NCBI GenBank assembly: GCA_012840345.1
Contig: DULO01000114.1
Coordinates: 2,192-66,191 of the forward strand
Origin: Candidatus Fermentithermobacillaceae bacterium
Lineage (GTDB): Bacteria > Bacillota > Sulfobacillia > Fermentithermobacillales > Fermentithermobacillaceae
Reading direction: 5' to 3'
DNA: 64,000 nt
Shown here: in pieces, positions 7,314 through 16,035 of the stretch
How positions within the stretch are numbered: position 1 is the stretch's first letter
How the letters are laid out: every line of letters starts with the position of its first letter
The notes under the pieces: model-generated
Database searches by the model: none
Told to the model about the DNA's origin: nothing
Seen by the model: the letters and a program-made list of their open reading frames with translations, nothing else
Translations under genes and position numbers: made by a program

Positions 7314-9121
7314 CACCCAAGAAAATGCTATTGGTTCCCCTCGATCCGGTACACGACGTCGGATTGAAGTTAATCGCTCGTGCCCTACATAACGCGGGAC
7401 ACGAGACAACCATTTTGCCTCCTGATTTGTCGCTGGAAGAGATTATCTCGAAGGCCAAGGCTACCTCGCCCGATTACATCATGGTGAGCAGGACCATTAG
7501 CTACGGAACCGCGGAGGTCTTGGCCAGGTTCGTGGACCTGTGTGATGCCTCGGGGATCCGAGAACACGCCAAGCTGGTGGTCGGCGGGCTCAGCATGAGG
7601 CCTGAAATGGCCCAGGAATACGGTTTTGACGCCGGCTTTGGGCCGAACACCACCCCGGAAGAAGTGGTAGCGTGGGTGGACGGCAAGAGGATTGAAACCG
7701 CTTCAGCGCGTCATAGCCTAACGAAGCCCGACATAACCCAGGGGTATTCATACGCGTTTCGCGATACCGAAGCGGGCGAGCTCTGTTACGACATTGCCCA
7801 GACGATTCTGGAATGGGCGGGCAACAAGACCACCGCGGGAATCGAGAGGGCTAAGGTGCGTGCCGACCTCGAGGAGGCCAGGGCCCAGGGTGACGAAAGC
7901 TCAGCTAAAGAACTCCTGGCCAAGTACGCTGGCCTTACCTCGGGCGATGTCCGCAAGTGGTACGATCTCGGGATCCCTGTTCCCCACACAAGGGCGCTCA
8001 CGGCGTCTGAGATTTCGCTGATAGAGTCGCTATCATTGGAGTCGCCGCTCCCCCCGGGTCAGAAACCTCTGGAGGGCCGTACGGTTATGGTCCAGTACGG
8101 TACCGGATGCCCCGTGATGGACGCCCAGCATATCGCTCTATCCCTGGCCTGGGGAGCCCGAGGCGTGGTCCATTTTGATCCGTCTTGGGGGGCCCGGACC
8201 GAAGGATTGCTTGAGGGAGCGTGGAGCCACCAGCACGACGGTACCGTTTTGACCCTCGAAAACCTGAAACTGATAAAACGGGCTATTCACCCCGGCGCCT
8301 TGTGGCAAGTTAGGGCGCACAGGGGGTTGAACACACCGGAGACCGTGGTGCTCGCGCACCTTGCCGGTGCCGACCTCACCAAAGTGAACATAGTGTACGG
8401 AAGCTTGGGAGCCGGTTCTGACCCCGCCAGGCTGACGGTGGACGGTGTGGAAGCCATGCGTTTGGCCGCCAGGTACGGAATGCCTTTTGACGTTGTGACC
8501 AACGAAGAACTCTGCGGCGTGCCTGCCAGGAAAGCTTTCGCGGGGATGCTCATAGTGGCGACAGTGGGTCTAATGCTCGGCGGGCGTCCCGTGCTTCAAC
8601 CCCTCTTTGCCAACTCTCCTGAGGCGATGGTGAGGGGACTGTCCGAAGACAACTTCGTGGACTTCAACTACGCTAAGATGGCTGTCTTGCGGGAGATCAT
8701 CGATGCCCCCATTTGGCCCGGCGCTCCTGTCGGCTTCATGACGCAGACGCCGGACCGCTGCCAGTCAGCCACGATGACCGCTCTACACGCGGCCCTGGCT
8801 TTGAACTTGGGAGCGTCCGCCGTGACCATCGCTTCCTCTGACGAGGCTTACGCCGGCGGACCGATTTCCGCCCACGCTAGAGTGGACACCCTGAAATCCA
8901 CGGCGGCGGCGCTTCGTTTCTTCGGTTCCAGCGGCATAGGGGCGACTCCCAGGGGCGACGTTTACGCGTCAGAACTTCGAGAAGGGATCATGGAAACGCT
9001 CCGCCGCGTAAGGGAGCGTCGGGATTTCGTCGCCGCGCTCTATGAAGGGCTCTTGGGCGACAAAGACGATGGAGCTTACCCGGGGCGCGCTGGAAAAGAC
9101 ACGGTAAGAGAGATCAGGTAA
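7310..9121 (+). CDS. cobalamin-binding domain fused to a GlmE-like barrel (glutamate-mutase-like, substrate unknown)
   Basis: N-terminus reads LLVPLDPVHDVGLKLIARALHNAGHE ... IMVSRTISYG ... KLVVGG ... FGPNTTPEEVVAWV. This parallels GlmS/MutS (DCHAVGNKIL ... VSSL ... VGG ... APGTPPEV). The C-terminal ~460 aa carry GlmE-like blocks such as VTIASSDEAYAGGPISAHARVDTLKS. Confidence 0.6.
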   Translation: MTPKKMLLVPLDPVHDVGLKLIARALHNAGHETTILPPDLSLEEIISKAKATSPDYIMVSRTISYGTAEVLARFVDLCDASGIREHAKLVVGGLSMRPEMAQEYGFDAGFGPNTTPEEVVAWVDGKRIETASARHSLTKPDITQGYSYAFRDTEAGELCYDIAQTILEWAGNKTTAGIERAKVRADLEEARAQGDESSAKELLAKYAGLTSGDVRKWYDLGIPVPHTRALTASEISLIESLSLESPLPPGQKPLEGRTVMVQYGTGCPVMDAQHIALSLAWGARGVVHFDPSWGARTEGLLEGAWSHQHDGTVLTLENLKLIKRAIHPGALWQVRAHRGLNTPETVVLAHLAGADLTKVNIVYGSLGAGSDPARLTVDGVEAMRLAARYGMPFDVVTNEELCGVPARKAFAGMLIVATVGLMLGGRPVLQPLFANSPEAMVRGLSEDNFVDFNYAKMAVLREIIDAPIWPGAPVGFMTQTPDRCQSATMTALHAALALNLGASAVTIASSDEAYAGGPISAHARVDTLKSTAAALRFFGSSGIGATPRGDVYASELREGIMETLRRVRERRDFVAALYEGLLGDKDDGAYPGRAGKDTVREIR

Positions 9122-9124
9122 GCA

Positions 9125-10282
9125 GTGGCCAGGACCTTCAACGGACCGATCATAGGTATAGCGGGCACCGCCAAGAACACGGGCAAGACCACCACGTTCA
9201 ACGCGGTGACCCGCTACTTGCGTCGCATAGGCCGGGACCGTTTGCTCACCAGCATTGGTTATGACGGGGAAGACCTGGACAGCATCACAGGCTTGCCCAA
9301 GCCCAAGGTGTTCGTGGAGACGGGCGATGTCGTAGCCACCGCCCTTCCGCTGCTCCGGGCGTCTACCGCCGTCTTTGACGAGCCGGCGCTCACAGGAGTT
9401 GAGTGCGCTTTAGGACCGGTCTGTGTCGCCAAGGTTAGGGATGGCGGCAAGGTTGTGTTGGCCGGTCCCACCAGCACCAAAGACGTTGAGACGGTGCTCG
9501 GGTTCGTAAGCGCCGCTTTGCCCTCACGGGACAGGATTACGCTGCTTGATGGCGCGTTTTCCAGGATGTCTCCCATGGCTTTGTCAACCCACTTGCTGAT
9601 CGCCACAGGGGCCGCCAGGTATCAGTTCCCCGGCTTCATAAGCCAAAACATGGACGAGCTGGCCGCCGTATTCGGCCTTCCCCTGGACGAAGGGGAATGG
9701 GATTTGGTGTTGGACCACGGGCTGTTTGATGATGAAGGCGCGGAGTTGGTCTTTGAGGCTATTGAGAGTGTCTGGAAAGACCAGGCCTTCCAGGGTGCGG
9801 CTCAGGTCACTGCTCTGGCCGCGGCTGACGCTGCCCGCATGGATTCCCCCGGCATCGTTCTCCGCTGCGCGATAAACGGTGTCGTAGCTCCCTCCCCGTT
9901 GACGAGACTGTTGGAGCTGTTGGATAAGTCCCCAAGAAACATCCGTGTTACCTTCGGCTTCGCTCACCCGATTTCTCTGCTTCTCTCCGGTGACTTGAGC
10001 CTATGGCGCGGCACCATTCAAAACGCCGCGAGAGCGGGCCACAATCTCGCGGTCCGTGCGACCTCCCGTCTGTTGGGGTTCACCATAAGCCCGTACTTCC
10101 CGGTGTACGATATGGAGCGCCGCGAGTACGTGGCGTCGTACGCCTCGCCCAGAAGCTTCCTCAACGAAATCCGCAGCAGGACCTCGGTGCCTTGCACCGA
10201 CATCATCCTTGAGGGAACCCGGATCCTTGAGTCTTGGATAGACTCGGTCTCAGTGACGAAAGAGTCCCCGACCGGCGCTTGA
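9125..10282 (+). CDS. P-loop protein, DTBS/CobQ-like (SIMIBI-type) N-terminus
   Basis: IIGIAGTAKNTGKTTT P-loop near the N-terminus, then SIGYDGEDLD and LLDGAFSRMSP. This resembles the dethiobiotin synthetase / cobyrinic-acid-diamide-synthase nucleotide fold. GTG start 3 nt after the mutase stop. Confidence 0.45.
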   Translation: MARTFNGPIIGIAGTAKNTGKTTTFNAVTRYLRRIGRDRLLTSIGYDGEDLDSITGLPKPKVFVETGDVVATALPLLRASTAVFDEPALTGVECALGPVCVAKVRDGGKVVLAGPTSTKDVETVLGFVSAALPSRDRITLLDGAFSRMSPMALSTHLLIATGAARYQFPGFISQNMDELAAVFGLPLDEGEWDLVLDHGLFDDEGAELVFEAIESVWKDQAFQGAAQVTALAAADAARMDSPGIVLRCAINGVVAPSPLTRLLELLDKSPRNIRVTFGFAHPISLLLSGDLSLWRGTIQNAARAGHNLAVRATSRLLGFTISPYFPVYDMERREYVASYASPRSFLNEIRSRTSVPCTDIILEGTRILESWIDSVSVTKESPTGA

Positions 10283-10343
10283 CCCTGACCCGTTCCTACT
10301 GGTAGCATCCGCTTTAATACAAGTACGCGGGAGAGAACCAGCC

Positions 10344-11285
10344 ATGAAGATACTCGCCACAAGGCCGTGGAAAGAATGGGAAAAGCAAGCCATATCAAGA
10401 GCTGTGAAGGACGCCGAGTTCTTGGAGCCGGGGCCGGTCCCCATAGAGGAGCTTATAGAAGAAGCGGACGTACTGTTTGGATCATCCCAGGTACCTCTGG
10501 ACCGGGTCGCCAGTTCCAAGACCTTGAAACTTGTGCAGGCCCGGTCGACCGGAGCCGATAGGTTTCTAACCGAAGAGTTCAAGAAATCCAAAATCATACT
10601 GACGACCGCCAGAGGGGTTCACGCCCCTCCCGTGGCGGAACACGCCGTAGCCCTCATGATGGCCGTGGCCTACAACTTCAGGACCAACGACAAGAACCAG
10701 CGGGAGAAGACATGGGGCGAGCACTCCGTAAACCGGCTTTACGGCAAGACCGCAGGCATTTTGGGCATGGGCACTATCGGCGAAGAGATCGCCAAGCGGT
10801 GCAAAGGCCTGGACATGAACGTTATCGGTACCAGAAAGGACCCCTCGAAAGGTTCGGCCAATGTTGAGAAGGTTTTCCCGCTGGACCGCCTTCCCGAGTT
10901 TCTCGCTTCCTCAGACGTCGTCTTGTGTTCTTTGCCCGGGACGCCGGATACCTACCATTTCCTGGCCGAAAAAGAGTTTAGGGTGATGAAACCTTCCGCT
11001 CTCGTGATAAACGTCGGCCGGGGCTCCGTCATCAATGAAAAGGACCTGATAAAGGCCCTGTCAGAAGGATGGATAGCCGGAGCGGGTCTCGATGTTTTCG
11101 AGGAAGAGCCGCTTCCGCCGGATAGTCCTCTTTGGGATATGCCAAACGTGGTTATTACGCCGCATTCCGCGGGTTACGCTCCTGACAACGAGCGGAAGAT
11201 AATAGAAATCCTGATCCAAAACCTAGTAAACCTGCAAGAAGGGTTGCCGCTTGTGAATGTCGTAGACAAAGAAGCCGGGTATTAG
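10344..11285 (+). CDS. D-isomer-specific 2-hydroxyacid dehydrogenase
   Basis: NAD fold GILGMGTIGEEIAKR. Catalytic blocks INVGRGSVI (Arg), LDVFEEEP (Glu), ITPHSAG (His). Confidence 0.85.
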   Translation: MKILATRPWKEWEKQAISRAVKDAEFLEPGPVPIEELIEEADVLFGSSQVPLDRVASSKTLKLVQARSTGADRFLTEEFKKSKIILTTARGVHAPPVAEHAVALMMAVAYNFRTNDKNQREKTWGEHSVNRLYGKTAGILGMGTIGEEIAKRCKGLDMNVIGTRKDPSKGSANVEKVFPLDRLPEFLASSDVVLCSLPGTPDTYHFLAEKEFRVMKPSALVINVGRGSVINEKDLIKALSEGWIAGAGLDVFEEEPLPPDSPLWDMPNVVITPHSAGYAPDNERKIIEILIQNLVNLQEGLPLVNVVDKEAGY

Positions 11286-11331
11286 CGCGCCGGCACTAGC
11301 GCGAAACCGGCGTTCTTGCGCTTGACCTTAG

Positions 11332-11577
11332 CGGAGAATCGCCTTTTTCGAAAGGGCGTTCCGCGCGGCGCTGGGCTCAGAGCCTGAGATCGGTTCCACT
11401 GCCGCATGGTTGGACTCGGCGATCTTGAAGGACGCCGGCATCCCCACGGCGGTGTTCGGGCCTTCCGGGGAAGGGGCGCACAGCGCGTACGAAGCTGTCG
11501 ATTTCGCCTCAGTTGTGTCCGCGGCAAAGGTGCTCGCTTGCGCGGCGGCTTTATTTTGCGGGATTGACGGAAAGTGA
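11332..11577 (+). pseudogene. C-terminal remnant of an M20-family deacylase/peptidase (ArgE/DapE-like)
   Basis: Open frame without a start codon reads IAFFERAFRAALGSEPEIGSTAAWLDSAILKDAGIPTAVFGPSGEGAHSAYEAVDFASVVSAAKVLACAAALF. This is the typical last ~80 aa of M20 enzymes. The N-terminal ~300 aa are absent. Confidence 0.5.
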
Positions 11578-11590
11578 GGGGCAAGGGCCG

Positions 11591-11992
11591 GTGCTAAGGC
11601 AGAGGGTCGGAATAGACGTGGTTCCTCTGGAACGGGTCAAGAGGAGCGTTGAAGCCTCGCCCGAGAGGTATATGGCCCGCTTCCTTACCCCGTCGGAATC
11701 CGAGTACTGCCAGGGCCCCCGCCTTATCCAGCGGTTGGCGGGACGAATCGCGGCGAAAGAGGCCGTGATGAAACTCCTTGGAGACGGCTGGCCAAGGGTG
11801 GCCTGGACCGACATAGAAATACTCACTTCCGGCAAGAGACCGGAGGTTTTCTTGTCCGGCAAGGCTTTGGCGCTTGCCCGGTCGCAAGGTATGGAAAACG
11901 GCTCGCTGGACGTCTCAATAACCCATGATGGAGGAGTCGCTATCGCCGTTGCCGTGGCTTTGTTCGCGGAAGACCTCCGCGAGGAGGGGTAA
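11591..11992 (+). CDS. acpS: holo-[acyl-carrier-protein] synthase
   Basis: VGIDVVPLERV, RFLTPSESEY, RLAGRIAAKEAVMKLLG, VSITHDGGVAIAVAV. Start moved to the in-frame GTG at 11591, because the longer ORF would overlap the M20 remnant. Confidence 0.85.
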   Translation: MLRQRVGIDVVPLERVKRSVEASPERYMARFLTPSESEYCQGPRLIQRLAGRIAAKEAVMKLLGDGWPRVAWTDIEILTSGKRPEVFLSGKALALARSQGMENGSLDVSITHDGGVAIAVAVALFAEDLREEG

Positions 11993-11994
11993 GC

Positions 11995-13587
11995 ATGTAC
12001 TTGGCTTCTGTAGAGGAATCGAGAGAATTGGACAAACGGGCGGAGGCGATGGGCCTTACGACGCTGTGCCTCATGGAAAACGCGGGGCGCGGCCTGGCTT
12101 TGGGCGTAGAGAAGGTGCTTTCGGGATTGCCCGAACCGCCGGATACCCCGGGCGAGGAAAAAAGGCGCCGGATAGTTGTCTTGGCAGGCCAGGGGCAAAA
12201 CGGCGGAGACGGGTTTGTCGCGGCCCGGCACCTGTCGGCGAAAGGACATGAGGTCCGCGTCTTGTTCTTCGGCAGAGAAGAGGCCCTGCCCCGAGAAGCG
12301 GCCGCCAACTACCGCTTGCTTTCGGCTTCCTCTGTAGCGGTCAGAGCCGCTTCCGGTGTCGAGTCTTACGTCGAGTCCGCCCTCGGGTGGGCTTCCGAGT
12401 TTCGGCCGGAAGTGATTGTTGACTCGTTACTGGGTACCGGAGTGAAAGGAAACCCGCGTCCTCCTATGGACCGGGCCATAATGTGGGCCAATTCGTCCGG
12501 CATTCCCATCGTGGCCTGCGACCTGCCTTCCGGGCTTAACGCGGATACGGGCTGGCCCTATCAGCCTACCGTGAAGGCCTGCCTGACTGTCACCATGGGA
12601 CGGCCGAAGGTCGGTCTCTACTCTTACCCCGGACGGGCGTTTTGCGGGGAGATTGTGGTGGAGAACCTCGGGATGCCCGGGGAAGCGCTCGGGACTTCCA
12701 AAACGCGGGCGGTTTTCGCCGGTGATGTCACGCGCGTGTTGCCCGTGAGAGGCGAGGACCACCACAAGGGGATGTCCGGGCACGTCACCGTGATAGCCGG
12801 ATCCAAAGGCATGGCAGGGGCGGCAGTCTTGGCGGCGAAAGCGTGCCTTCGCGCGGGGGCCGGAACTGTCACTCTCTTGTGCCCCGGAGAGGTGTATCAG
12901 GTTTGCGCGTCCATGGTGCCGGAGGTCATGGTGATGCCGCTCGGGACCGGTCCTGTCTTTGAGCCCCACGAGCGGGCGCTGGATACGGTAACGGACTTCT
13001 TACGCAAGTCAGAGGCCGCGGTCATCGGCCCCGGCATAGGGAGGGGGTCCTCCCAAGAAGCGTTCTTGGCCGAGGTTTTGGGCTTGGGCGTCGAGGTCCC
13101 TTTGGTGATAGACGCCGATGCCCTGCATGCCCTCAAGTCCCTGGGAGGACTGACATATCTAGGGAGCATCCAGGGAAACTTTATCCTGACCCCGCACCCC
13201 GGAGAGCTTTCGCGCCTCATGGACATAAGCGCGGACCAGATCGCCACTGACCGGCCGGGCTGGGCGAGGCGCGCGGCCGCGTCCGGAAATGCCGTTGTAT
13301 GCCTGAAGGGTGCAGGAACATGCGTGGCGAATGCTACGGGTGAGGTGTTTATCAACACGTCCGGGGACCCGGCCATGGCTACCGCCGGCTCCGGCGATGT
13401 TCTTAGTGGAGTGATAGCCGCTCTCGCGGCCCAGGGACTGTCTTTGCTGGAGGCCGCGTGGGCAGGAGTCTTTTGGCATGGCCTAGCGGGCGAGCGCGCC
13501 AGAGCCAAAATTGGATCCTATGGGGCATTAGCGGGGGATATCAGTGATTGTCTCCCCGAAGTTCGAGGGTCCTTATCTAGGAGGTGA
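11995..13587 (+). CDS. nnr: bifunctional NAD(P)H-hydrate repair enzyme (epimerase + ADP-dependent dehydratase)
   Basis: N-terminal YjeF_N block VLAGQGQNGGDGFVAARHL. C-terminal dehydratase blocks HKGMSGHVTVIAGSKGMAGAAVLA and GDPAMATAGSGDVLSG. Confidence 0.9.
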   Translation: MYLASVEESRELDKRAEAMGLTTLCLMENAGRGLALGVEKVLSGLPEPPDTPGEEKRRRIVVLAGQGQNGGDGFVAARHLSAKGHEVRVLFFGREEALPREAAANYRLLSASSVAVRAASGVESYVESALGWASEFRPEVIVDSLLGTGVKGNPRPPMDRAIMWANSSGIPIVACDLPSGLNADTGWPYQPTVKACLTVTMGRPKVGLYSYPGRAFCGEIVVENLGMPGEALGTSKTRAVFAGDVTRVLPVRGEDHHKGMSGHVTVIAGSKGMAGAAVLAAKACLRAGAGTVTLLCPGEVYQVCASMVPEVMVMPLGTGPVFEPHERALDTVTDFLRKSEAAVIGPGIGRGSSQEAFLAEVLGLGVEVPLVIDADALHALKSLGGLTYLGSIQGNFILTPHPGELSRLMDISADQIATDRPGWARRAAASGNAVVCLKGAGTCVANATGEVFINTSGDPAMATAGSGDVLSGVIAALAAQGLSLLEAAWAGVFWHGLAGERARAKIGSYGALAGDISDCLPEVRGSLSRR

Positions 13588-13889
13588 ATGGCCCTCTCAG
13601 GTGGGGCCGGCCCAAGTTGTCCAAACTCAAGAGAGTCGTAGTGGGGCTACCGGAAGAAACCTTGGCAACTATTGACACGCTCGTATCAGGCACCAAGATT
13701 TGCAGGTCGGAACTGATTCGAGAGGCCTGCTATTTCTACATTGAGGAGCGGCGCCGCCAGACTCTGAGAGAAAAGATGAAGGCCGGATATCAAGAGATGG
13801 CTGAGCTGAATAGGCTGTTGGCTGAGGAGTTCGCGTGTGACTTCTACCTAAACTACGACGAGAGTACCTCGGGGTGGAGGAAGGCGTAA
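13584..13889 (+). CDS. ribbon-helix-helix antitoxin (EndoAI/MazE-like)
   Basis: [17 protein letters not shown]...[30 protein letters not shown] resembles the Bacillus EndoAI antitoxin. It lies immediately upstream of mazF. Confidence 0.75.
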   Translation: MNGPLRWGRPKLSKLKRVVVGLPEETLATIDTLVSGTKICRSELIREACYFYIEERRRQTLREKMKAGYQEMAELNRLLAEEFACDFYLNYDESTSGWRKA

Positions 13890-13890
13890 C

Positions 13891-14241
13891 TTGGATCCAA
13901 CCAGAGGCGATGTGTACTTTGCCGATTTGAGCCCGGTTGTGGGGTCTGAGCAAGGAGGATTCCGGCCGGTGCTTATTATTCAGAACGACATTGGGAACAA
14001 GTACAGCCCCACCGTCATAATCTCGGCCATCACTTCGCAAATAGCCAAGGTCAGGCTCCCCACCCATGTCGAGCTTCCGGCCTCCGTGTCCGGACTGGAT
14101 AAGGATTCGGTTGTGCTCTTAGAACAAGTGAGAACCATAGACAAGCGCAGGCTGAAGCGTCGTGTGACCAAACTCGACGATGAGATAATGGCTAAGGTTG
14201 ACGAAGCTCTCGCTATCTCTCTTGGTCTAAAACCTATATAA
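13891..14241 (+). CDS. mazF: MazF/PemK-family endoribonuclease toxin
   Basis: [29 protein letters not shown]...[11 protein letters not shown]...LPTHVEL. TTG start 1 nt after the antitoxin stop. Confidence 0.9.
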   Translation: MDPTRGDVYFADLSPVVGSEQGGFRPVLIIQNDIGNKYSPTVIISAITSQIAKVRLPTHVELPASVSGLDKDSVVLLEQVRTIDKRRLKRRVTKLDDEIMAKVDEALAISLGLKPI

Positions 14242-14262
14242 GGCCCGCGCGGGCCTCATTTT
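14241..14262 (+). terminator. short GC hairpin after mazF
   Basis: AGGCCCGCGCGGGCCT followed by CATTTTAAG. Confidence 0.45.
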
Positions 14263-14281
14263 AAGAAATGGAGAGGAGAAC

Positions 14282-15322
14282 ATGACAGAAGACCGTTTGG
14301 GTTTTCCCACCGTCAAGCTGACCCATCTCCCGACCCCCCTGGAGGAAGCCCCCAGATTCTCGGAAGCCCTGGGAGGACCCAGAATCTTCATCAAACGAGA
14401 CGACACGACCAGTCTGGCCTTGGGAGGAAACAAGGCGAGGAAACTCGAGTTTCTCTTGGGTGACGCCCTAACTCAAGGCTGCGACGCTGTGGTGACTTGC
14501 GGGGGACCGCAGTCAAACCACGCAAGGATGACCGCGGCCGCCGCGCGAAAGCTGGGCCTTACGCCTGTGCTGGTCTTTGAGGGGGATGACCCCGGGCACA
14601 GGATGGGGAACCTTCTCTTGGACAGCCTGTTGGGCGCCGAGATGATTTTTGCCGGGGACAAGCCTACCGAGTTAGTGATGGGAGAGGTACGTGAGCGGCT
14701 CGTGAAAGAAGGCAAAAAGCCCTACATGGTCCCCATCGGAGGCTCCACCCCGTTAGGTACTTTAGGTTACTACGTATGTGCCGAAGAGATCGTAAGCCAG
14801 TGCCAGGCCATTGGGATTGAGCCCAAGGCGATATACCTGGCGGCGGGTTCTTTGGGCACTTTGTCCGGCCTATTGATAGGCAAGCTCGTACACCAGGCGC
14901 CTTTCGAGGTGTTGGGAGTAGCCGTAGGACGGACCGACGAGAGCAAGATCGAAAGAGGAGTCGAGCTCACGCTGGGTGGAGCGAGCCTTCTTTTGTCCCG
15001 CGCCTCGGACAAGCGTCTAGAGCGCCTGTCTGGGGTTACCGCGGAAGAAGTGCGTCCGCTGGTGAAAGTGCTTACCGGGCAGGTAGGTCCGGGCTACGGG
15101 ATACCGACGCCTGAATGCTTGGAAGCCATTACTCTCCTCGCTAGGACCGAAGGGATCCTCACCGACCCGGTTTACACGGGTAAAGCCCTGGCGGAACTGG
15201 TCGCCGCTGCCCGGCGGGGAGATTACCGCAAGGATGATACTGTAGTTTTCCTTCATACAGGCGGAGTGCCAGCTGACTTCGCTTACGGAGACGTCTTCTT
15301 GACAAAGGAGGAACTCAAATGA
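14282..15322 (+). CDS. D-cysteine desulfhydrase / ACC-deaminase-family PLP enzyme
   Basis: IKRDDTTSLALGGNKARKLEFLLGDAL (PLP-lysine block of this family), GGPQSNH, FLHTGG. Confidence 0.8.
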   Translation: MTEDRLGFPTVKLTHLPTPLEEAPRFSEALGGPRIFIKRDDTTSLALGGNKARKLEFLLGDALTQGCDAVVTCGGPQSNHARMTAAAARKLGLTPVLVFEGDDPGHRMGNLLLDSLLGAEMIFAGDKPTELVMGEVRERLVKEGKKPYMVPIGGSTPLGTLGYYVCAEEIVSQCQAIGIEPKAIYLAAGSLGTLSGLLIGKLVHQAPFEVLGVAVGRTDESKIERGVELTLGGASLLLSRASDKRLERLSGVTAEEVRPLVKVLTGQVGPGYGIPTPECLEAITLLARTEGILTDPVYTGKALAELVAAARRGDYRKDDTVVFLHTGGVPADFAYGDVFLTKEELK

Positions 15323-16029
15323 GGCCCGTCATCGGTATCGTGGCCAGTTATGACGAGGAAAGAGGAGTCGCGGCCTGCACCAGGACCTATATTGACTCCA
15401 TCGTTGAGGCGGGAGGAAAACCTATACTAATCCCGCTCATGCCCGACGAAGCCGCTCAGGAGATGCTGTCGGTGGTAGATGGGCTCCTGTTCCCAGGGGG
15501 TGTGGACGTGGACCCGATGCGCTACGGGGAGCGTCCGCACCAGGCGCTCGGCCGCATAAGCCCCGAACTCGATGCTTTGGAGATCCCTTTGGCCCAGAAG
15601 GCGTTGGCCATGAACATGCCGCTCTTAGGGATCTGCCGGGGCTGCCAGGTGGTCACCGTGGCTTCAGGCGGCACTCTTGTCCAAGACATTCCCAGCCAGG
15701 TTGGGGGCGCCATGAAACACAGCCAGTCGGCGCCCAGATGGTACGGGACCCATGAAGCAGTGTTGGATGAAGACTCCTTGGTCGCGAGACTGCACGGTAC
15801 CAGGCGTCTCGTTGTGAATTCATTCCACCACCAGAGCATAAAGTCCCCCGGAGATGGTTTCACGGTAACGGCCAGGGCCCTTGACGGGATAGCCGAGGCC
15901 GCCGAGGCCAAGAAGGGCTTTAGGTTGCTTATCCAGTGGCACCCCGAGTGCATGTGGGTAAAGAACAGGGTTTTCTTGGCGCCTTTCACCGCTTTGTGCA
16001 AGGCGGCCAAGGGCCAGTCGTGGGAGTAG
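15319..16029 (+). CDS. peptidase C26 / gamma-glutamyl hydrolase-type class-I amidotransferase-like protein (PuuD-like)
   Basis: Nucleophile elbow LLGICRGCQ, NSFHHQ, IQWHPE. ATGA overlap with the upstream gene. Confidence 0.8.
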   Translation: MRPVIGIVASYDEERGVAACTRTYIDSIVEAGGKPILIPLMPDEAAQEMLSVVDGLLFPGGVDVDPMRYGERPHQALGRISPELDALEIPLAQKALAMNMPLLGICRGCQVVTVASGGTLVQDIPSQVGGAMKHSQSAPRWYGTHEAVLDEDSLVARLHGTRRLVVNSFHHQSIKSPGDGFTVTARALDGIAEAAEAKKGFRLLIQWHPECMWVKNRVFLAPFTALCKAAKGQSWE

Positions 16030-16035
16030 ACAAGC

